Shown piece by piece: positions 58,142 through 64,000 of a DNA stretch of 64,000 bases. Position 1 is the first letter of the stretch; each line of letters opens with the position of its first letter. The position numbers were made by a program, and so were the translations under genes. Location: sequence record NC_048182.1; one strand, written 5' to 3'. The notes below the pieces were generated by a model. It saw only the letters and a program-made list of their open reading frames with translations. It ran no database searches and had not been told where the DNA came from.

Positions 58142-59644
58142 ATGTCCACAAAGAAAGTACAAAACTCTTCGCAATCTGGTAAGACAAATAAAGGTTTTGG
58201 TGCTGGAACCAAACCTGGTGTCGAAAAGGTACTGACTAAATTGAAAGCCGTCAACGAAGAGCTTGATGCTGAGCTGGCAAAGGTTGCTGTTAACACTACT
58301 GGAGGTGTGGTGGTGGAAGATAACCCCGCTGCAGTTGCTCCGGATGTTGTCAATTCTGTTGATGACGAAATTGACGTTGACTTTAGCTTCGGTCGTACTA
58401 AAGCTTATGGCTTGACCCCACCAGAACAGCGTACTCGTCGTAAGCGCGGCACTGACTATAAAGACGAACCTATCATCTATATAGCTGGTGTTAAGCAAGA
58501 AGGTGTTAAGCTGGACAAAGCACCTAAGAACGCCGGAGGAGGCGAGTACCGTTACAACAGTAATAACCCACTGGCTGTAAGTGGGTCTGCTGCTCAACGT
58601 TTCAACCCAGGTGAAGTAATCACTGAGGAACCTATTCAGTGGTATCACGTTGTCTTGCCCGAGATTGATATCTATATTACTCAGGGTTCCGAACTGACCA
58701 TCGAAGATCGTGTTAACGCACATTCCGGTTGGGAAGGCGAAGAAGGCGACTGGATTGGTCAGGCTAAAGACACCAAACCTGAATTGATCATTATTGGTTC
58801 TGTCGTTCGTTGCAGCTCTATCTCTCTGGGAAGTCTGGCTCGTTTCAACAACTCCAACGTTGAAACCAATGGACACATCGATACGATAAATTCTCGCATC
58901 CATGGTTGTCGTATCTTTGCTTATAACTCTATTGATCTGTACAACTGCGGTTTGTACTCCAGTCGTATTGACAATAATAACCGTCTGATCATTCGTAATT
59001 CTAACTACCTGCGGAACTTACATATCAGTGGGTTTGATAACGTTGACCTGCTGAAAGTCCACAACAGTGGTGAGTTCCGAATTCATGCTGGTTGGCAGCC
59101 AACCGCTGGTCTGGGATTGAATATTGCTGATTGTCATTTGACCGATTTCAGCGGAGATTTCCGTGGGTCTGTTGAACAATATGCTAAAGAGTATGGTGAT
59201 AAGAAACCATGGCAGGGTAACGGTATGGTAATCCGTCGTCGTACCGACTACGGTTACTTTGCAGGTTCTGCCCCTGTTCCGTTTGTGCGTTGTGGAGATT
59301 ATAATATCTCCACTTCTAACAACCTCTACCTGGCTAAAGAAATTGATCAAGTCTCCTTCCCTAAAGAGAAAGCCCCATTGGCTTATCAACCACAGTTCGG
59401 CGGTGGTTTCCGTTCTGACTATCAACCACCATTGAGTATGGAAGATAACTCTTACACCATGGGTCTGCGTGGTGGTAAGTTATGGGAGAAAGCTCGTAAG
59501 GATTGTTTCACTAATCCTAACAACCACGAACAACACAAACGTCCTATCGGTGCAATTGGGGATAACTTGATTCAGTCGCTGGTTGAACAAATCAAATCTC
59601 GCATTAAACTGTACGTCGAATTGAGCGTATTAACCGAGGTGTGA
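58142..59644 (+). CDS. hypothetical protein with a central beta-helix-like repeat region
   Basis: ORF 58100..59644; likely start ATG 58142 (SD GAGGA). Lys-rich N-terminus, then an N/S/I-rich periodic stretch. Confidence 0.75.
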   Translation: MSTKKVQNSSQSGKTNKGFGAGTKPGVEKVLTKLKAVNEELDAELAKVAVNTTGGVVVEDNPAAVAPDVVNSVDDEIDVDFSFGRTKAYGLTPPEQRTRRKRGTDYKDEPIIYIAGVKQEGVKLDKAPKNAGGGEYRYNSNNPLAVSGSAAQRFNPGEVITEEPIQWYHVVLPEIDIYITQGSELTIEDRVNAHSGWEGEEGDWIGQAKDTKPELIIIGSVVRCSSISLGSLARFNNSNVETNGHIDTINSRIHGCRIFAYNSIDLYNCGLYSSRIDNNNRLIIRNSNYLRNLHISGFDNVDLLKVHNSGEFRIHAGWQPTAGLGLNIADCHLTDFSGDFRGSVEQYAKEYGDKKPWQGNGMVIRRRTDYGYFAGSAPVPFVRCGDYNISTSNNLYLAKEIDQVSFPKEKAPLAYQPQFGGGFRSDYQPPLSMEDNSYTMGLRGGKLWEKARKDCFTNPNNHEQHKRPIGAIGDNLIQSLVEQIKSRIKLYVELSVLTEV

Positions 59645-59645
59645 A

Positions 59646-60350
59646 ATGGACGAATTAAAACATCCATTAAGTGAGCACAATGCCCGGATATCCACGAGTA
59701 TAATTGAACTCACTCATCGCTTGGGTAATTTGCTTATCCATGTGAACGGTGAAGGTAGATTAGACTTCCGTGGCGCTGGGCAAGGTTGGTGTGGGATGAT
59801 TAAGAACATCATCTCTGGAGATATCGGTTGCATGTCCCCTTATGAGGGTTATGACAGTTGTGCTCTATCTCAGGCTTTGAATATGTTGTACGGTTTGGAT
59901 AACGTCCCGCATCTTAATCTGAGCACCAATGAACAATTTGTGGTTGATGATGTTAACTGGAAAATCTTTGTGGATTCTATTAAGGAACACTTTGATGACC
60001 TGGACCCTCACAACTACAAACCAAAATACTCTTTCACTCTGAAAGGCGGTGATGACGGTAAAGCTACTGTCTGCACTGTGGTTATTGAACCTCTCTGTAA
60101 TACATTCGTCGTTGGCGAATTTAATGCAATTGAGAAGTTTGATTTCCTCGGAGAGATAAGTGACTATGACCAGCCAGGTATTAAATCCTGCTGGATGGTT
60201 TGCGATGGTCAAACTTATGATATTGATATGAATCGCTTGATTCATTTCCGTCATCGTCGGTACCAACCCCGCAAAGGTGATTACCTGCTTTATGCATCGC
60301 AGGATGATTACTACGTAGTCCTTCCTCAGGAAGATTATTCGATCCACTAA
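59646..60350 (+). CDS. hypothetical protein
   Basis: 234 aa, SD GAGG. Confidence 0.7.
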   Translation: MDELKHPLSEHNARISTSIIELTHRLGNLLIHVNGEGRLDFRGAGQGWCGMIKNIISGDIGCMSPYEGYDSCALSQALNMLYGLDNVPHLNLSTNEQFVVDDVNWKIFVDSIKEHFDDLDPHNYKPKYSFTLKGGDDGKATVCTVVIEPLCNTFVVGEFNAIEKFDFLGEISDYDQPGIKSCWMVCDGQTYDIDMNRLIHFRHRRYQPRKGDYLLYASQDDYYVVLPQEDYSIH

Positions 60351-60351
60351 T

Positions 60352-60387
60352 AGGGTGAGGGAAGCTTCGGCTTCCCTCCCCTCTTTT
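60352..60387 (+). terminator. intrinsic terminator
   Basis: GGGAAGC-TTCG-GCTTCCC core with extended pairing and a T-run. Confidence 0.8.
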
Positions 60388-60409
60388 CATTTGTATTTCT
60401 TTTTGGTTC

Positions 60410-60428
60410 GATATTATTACAGTGTATG
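60410..60428 (+). promoter_or_regulatory. putative phage promoter
   Basis: GATATTATTACAGTGTATG directly after a terminator; parallels TATATTACTAAAGTGTATA at 10829. Confidence 0.5.
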
Positions 60429-60459
60429 AGAAACATAATTAACTTAGAGGATTAAAATT

Positions 60460-60744
60460 ATGAGAATCAGAAATACTACTCGTGACGGTTTGCTTCATTA
60501 CTTAGAGACCACCCGCGTTCAGGCTAAAAGCTTCAGCATGATGGACCTCACCAACTGGTGTATATCCACAATTAAAGAAGTTAAAGCTGCAGGTGACTTT
60601 GAAGTTTTTGCTTACATTCGCGGTATTAATAAAGCGTACGATAAACTTCCGGCAGCACAACGTAAACTGCCCGTTGTAGACGTACCCTCCAATATCGTTA
60701 AAGAAATGAAAGCGTTAGATCAAGCTTTCAAAAACCGTTACTAA
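60460..60744 (+). CDS. hypothetical protein
   Basis: 94 aa, SD AGAGGA. Confidence 0.7.
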   Translation: MRIRNTTRDGLLHYLETTRVQAKSFSMMDLTNWCISTIKEVKAAGDFEVFAYIRGINKAYDKLPAAQRKLPVVDVPSNIVKEMKALDQAFKNRY

Positions 60745-60772
60745 TTAACCATCCTAATAAGGAATAACCATT

Positions 60773-61831
60773 ATGAAAAAGACTATCGACCTGACTAATG
60801 TTTGCCGCCTTCGCCGTAATCTTAATCAAGCTATGTCAGAAATGCGTACTGACGATGTTCTTGCCCTAACCGAAGAGTTAGAGAAAGCTGCCCAATTAGC
60901 ATGCTACGAAATTACGGGACTTGAACATATTTGTGTTCCAACTACCTGGAACGAATTCCTGGAAACTCTGGAAGAACGTAACAGTACAGAAACGGCTATC
61001 CGTGGTAATGAGCGTAATGTGCAATCTATCGGTCGTCTCCGTAGTTCAGCCGTAGAACCAGCAATTGTTCAGTACACTGGTCGTAAACGTCATCCGATGG
61101 ACACCATCATTGATCCAGAAGTGGATACCTTTCTTGCTGAACAGCACATCATCGGTGCAACCAAGTATTTGTCCCGTGAAGTAATGATCAGCCAGTTAGG
61201 AATGTGGCAGATCCAATGCAACTCTTTAAAGTTGGTCGCACAAGCACTCATTTTTGCTAAAGAAATTGAAAGACTGGAGTCTATGTCGGACGAGGTCTAT
61301 GACGCGTTGGATAAAAAGGAGAACCCTGATGTGATTAATGCGGTTGTCTATTTGTCCAAAGTACATGCCAAAAATGCGCGGGCCGCGGATTTGAAAGGTG
61401 TTGTTCAGATTGATATTCCAGAAAGCGAAATGCCTCAGGATATCTACGGGAAACCTGCCGATGTCCAAATTGGGTTTAGTGGTATTACTACTAAACCTGG
61501 TAATGGGATTCCTCTGCTGCGTGATGGTTGCAAGAATGAGAAGTACCATGATAAACCTTTGATGGGTTCTTATCTCACTCCTCCTACTCAACCTCAGAGT
61601 ACCGCTCAGATTAATGCCGAGAAAGAAATGTTTCAAACGTTCTGTACTATTCTCAGCAAAGAAATGGCTGATCGTTTAGCACGCGATCTTGAGCATCTTA
61701 TCAATATCACTGATGATGCTGAGTATGCTGAAGCCATTAGTCAGGAGGTACGACGCATTCGTCTGTTTGCTGAAGGTCGTATCAAAACTCTTAGTGACGT
61801 TAACTTTGCCTGGGTGTATCATGGTGAGTAA
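60773..61831 (+). CDS. hypothetical protein
   Basis: 352 aa, SD AAGGA. Confidence 0.75.
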   Translation: MKKTIDLTNVCRLRRNLNQAMSEMRTDDVLALTEELEKAAQLACYEITGLEHICVPTTWNEFLETLEERNSTETAIRGNERNVQSIGRLRSSAVEPAIVQYTGRKRHPMDTIIDPEVDTFLAEQHIIGATKYLSREVMISQLGMWQIQCNSLKLVAQALIFAKEIERLESMSDEVYDALDKKENPDVINAVVYLSKVHAKNARAADLKGVVQIDIPESEMPQDIYGKPADVQIGFSGITTKPGNGIPLLRDGCKNEKYHDKPLMGSYLTPPTQPQSTAQINAEKEMFQTFCTILSKEMADRLARDLEHLINITDDAEYAEAISQEVRRIRLFAEGRIKTLSDVNFAWVYHGE

Positions 61832-62027
61832 ATGTTTGATTCGTATCGAAGAGTTAGAAGATAAATTGGACCGGGCTTCGATGCTCGGTGATAACCAACT
61901 CATCTCTACCATTGCAGATAAGCTTGAAGTCTGTAATGCGATGTCAGACGAAGAGTATCTGACATTTGAGAAAGTAACAAAGATGTATGCAACAGCATCC
62001 GTCAAAGCAATACCCCTAACCATTTAA
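61821..62027 (+). CDS. hypothetical small protein
   Basis: 3' part of ORF 61689..62027; probable start ATG 61821 or GTG 61824. Confidence 0.5.
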   Translation: MVSKCLIRIEELEDKLDRASMLGDNQLISTIADKLEVCNAMSDEEYLTFEKVTKMYATASVKAIPLTI

Positions 62028-62050
62028 CCATTCCATTAAGGAAAATAGAA

Positions 62051-62776
62051 ATGCATAAAGTAGAAAACTTTGAAACCAAATTGTTTTCCAACGATGATGG
62101 TTGGAAAATCTGGTTGTGTACTGAACGTGATGAGATAAAACTCTCTAGCTTCTTTAAAGTTCAGTATCCTGTCAAAGGAACTCCGCAGCGTGATACTAAA
62201 GTAATTCCTATCACTGGTTATTACGACACCACTAGCGCGATCAAAAACCAATTACTTTCTCGTCGTCAGTTTGTTCATTACGCTGTGGGGACTACTTATC
62301 TTGAAGATGAGTATTCAAAATGGTTCTTAGAAACTATGTTTGCTCTTATTGATGCCGGGACACTTATCCCCGCATTAAAAGAACACAATCGCAAAACAAT
62401 CCACCGTTTGCATCTCATCCCTGGCTATTCCGGACAAGATGAAGGTAGTCGTACTTATACGGTTTATCATGATACTGTTTCGGCAACACTGGCTAAATTC
62501 ACCATCACTCCTAAAGAGGATGATGGGTATGAGATGGCTGTACTGTGTATTGGCGATGCAAAAGGGCGTATGGTGAAAACAGACCATGTTTACACCGAGC
62601 CTATGACTCGTCCTGAATCTTTGTCTAATGCACTATTCCGTGTGTTCAATCCACTCCTGGATGAAATGCAAGTTGATAAAGAAGAACGTATGGATATCGT
62701 AGCTGACATCACTCATCACTTTGAGAAGTGTCGCTTTGGTTTCTGGGATCTCCTTAACAAAATCAACAAGAAGTAA
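62051..62776 (+). CDS. hypothetical protein
   Basis: 241 aa, SD AAGGA. Confidence 0.7.
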   Translation: MHKVENFETKLFSNDDGWKIWLCTERDEIKLSSFFKVQYPVKGTPQRDTKVIPITGYYDTTSAIKNQLLSRRQFVHYAVGTTYLEDEYSKWFLETMFALIDAGTLIPALKEHNRKTIHRLHLIPGYSGQDEGSRTYTVYHDTVSATLAKFTITPKEDDGYEMAVLCIGDAKGRMVKTDHVYTEPMTRPESLSNALFRVFNPLLDEMQVDKEERMDIVADITHHFEKCRFGFWDLLNKINKK

Positions 62777-62842
62777 GTTTTAACACCTCAATCCATAAAC
62801 TGTCATTAACCATTCTAACCAATATAACCAAGAGGCAATACC

Positions 62843-63220
62843 ATGACTACTCAAATCCGTACTCCGAAAGCAAAAGCCACTGCACCATCTGCTAACCCAA
62901 TCCGCGAAGCGTTTATCGATAACCGCAAACAGCTGATCGAAGAAGTTAAAGTACTGCGCGCTAATCGCGAAAAACTGCGTGGTGTTTCCGGTACCCAGGT
63001 TGAGTGGCGTGAACTGACTGCTAAGATCGCAGAAAAGCAAGCCACTATTAATACCATCAATGAAGGTCTTGGTATTAAGAACAAAACTTTCCCGCCTCTG
63101 AACAAACCAGGTGCTGCGCCAGCTGAATCTCATCAGGTTCCGGCTAAGAAACCATCTGGCAAACGTCGCTTCACTGGTAAGCGCAAACCAACCAATAAAA
63201 CCGAAGCAGTAGCGGCGTAA
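62843..63220 (+). CDS. basic coiled-coil protein (possible nucleic-acid binding)
   Basis: 125 aa, Lys/Arg/Ala-rich, strong codon bias; ends in ...EAVAA. Confidence 0.75.
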   Translation: MTTQIRTPKAKATAPSANPIREAFIDNRKQLIEEVKVLRANREKLRGVSGTQVEWRELTAKIAEKQATINTINEGLGIKNKTFPPLNKPGAAPAESHQVPAKKPSGKRRFTGKRKPTNKTEAVAA

Positions 63221-63283
63221 CAAACTAACCAATTAACCAAGTTAGCCTGGAGTGACCGGGCTAACTCTATAAGGAATAAAACA

Positions 63284-63814
63284 ATGGCAATCCGTAACGA
63301 ATATACCCTTCCTAATGGCACCAAACTGCGCGTAGCAGGCAATGATTTAAAAGACATTGGCGTTGTATTGTCTGCCATTGGCGATCGCTTACAGGACCTC
63401 CTGGAGCGTCGTTTGACGGGTATGGATTACGTTCACCAGATCGATTTCGGTAACCAGTTCCTCGACACCCCAAATGTGGTGCAATGCAAAGAAGCTCACC
63501 ACTTTGAGTCTGTTAAGAAACACTTCCGTAATTCTTCCCCTGTATCTAAAGTTCAGATTACTTTGTGTACTCTGTTTGGCGGACGCCGTGAAGGGATTCT
63601 GGAAGTTCATGAAGTCGATGGTGCTCGGACTTGGGTTCGTTTCTCTCCTCATGTGGAAACGATGTCTAAGTTAGCTGTGTTCTTCCAACGTGCTGGGCGT
63701 AAAGCTCAGTATGGTAAAAACTGTCATTGTCAAGTATGCCAGGCTATTGTCCTGGATGTGTTCCACAAACCTCATCACATTTGTGAAGAATGTGCATATA
63801 CGGTTATTAACTAA
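63284..63814 (+). CDS. hypothetical protein with C-terminal Cys/His cluster
   Basis: 176 aa; CHCQVC...HHICEEC may bind metal. Confidence 0.7.
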   Translation: MAIRNEYTLPNGTKLRVAGNDLKDIGVVLSAIGDRLQDLLERRLTGMDYVHQIDFGNQFLDTPNVVQCKEAHHFESVKKHFRNSSPVSKVQITLCTLFGGRREGILEVHEVDGARTWVRFSPHVETMSKLAVFFQRAGRKAQYGKNCHCQVCQAIVLDVFHKPHHICEECAYTVIN

Positions 63815-63827
63815 GTAAGGGAAGCGC

Positions 63828-64000
63828 ATGACTAAAGATCAATTTATCATGCGCCTTCGTCACGGGCTGGTTGGTAAGCCCAAGGCGGTGGCCGAAATGA
63901 TCGACTTGGAGATTAATAAGATCTCTCGTATGAAACCAGAAGAGTTTGATGCTTATGTCCTTCAGACCGCTGGTATGCCAAACACCACTAAGAAGGAAGA
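63828..64000 (+). CDS. hypothetical protein, partial (runs off the window)
   Basis: ATG 63828 after SD AAGGGA; open to the window end (MTKDQFIMRLRHGLVGKPKAVAEM...). Confidence 0.55.
   Translation, partial: MTKDQFIMRLRHGLVGKPKAVAEMIDLEINKISRMKPEEFDAYVLQTAGMPNTTKKE

Noticed and set aside
1-64000. tRNA genes, introns/inteins, stop-codon recoding
   Set aside because: No cloverleaf with T-loop/CCA was recognised in the short intergenic gaps. The helicase, RNAP fragment, ligase and SbcC are uninterrupted and of ordinary size. TAA, TAG and TGA all end genes with clean junctions, so the code is standard. tRNAscan-SE would be needed to be certain.

Overview
A gene-dense (~40-45% GC by eye) segment of a phiKZ-like jumbo myovirus (Chimalliviridae-type, nucleus-forming lineage), probably infecting a gammaproteobacterium; the host is inferred from codon usage and SD motifs only. 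Left to right: the 5' part of a DnaB-like helicase; the major capsid protein; a split non-virion RNA polymerase beta fragment; portal and baseplate/virion genes; RuvC; a candidate holin with overlapping spanins; three large paralogous tail-fibre/baseplate proteins, the last ending in ~21 DUF285/BspA-like repeats; a central spike with an HxH tip; an SbcC-like ATPase; a signal-peptide lytic transglycosylase; NAD-dependent ligase; RNase H; and a P-loop/head-protein fusion. A long accessory region of small genes follows, including a Cro/XRE HTH protein, a DUF1653-like protein and a Bcs1-like membrane AAA ATPase with small membrane-protein neighbours. Many intrinsic terminators and a recurring (G/T)ATATTA(T/C) phage promoter-like motif are visible. 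I saw no tRNA, rRNA, CRISPR array or transposase. All product calls rest on motif recognition and remembered phiKZ/SPN3US synteny; no database search was run.
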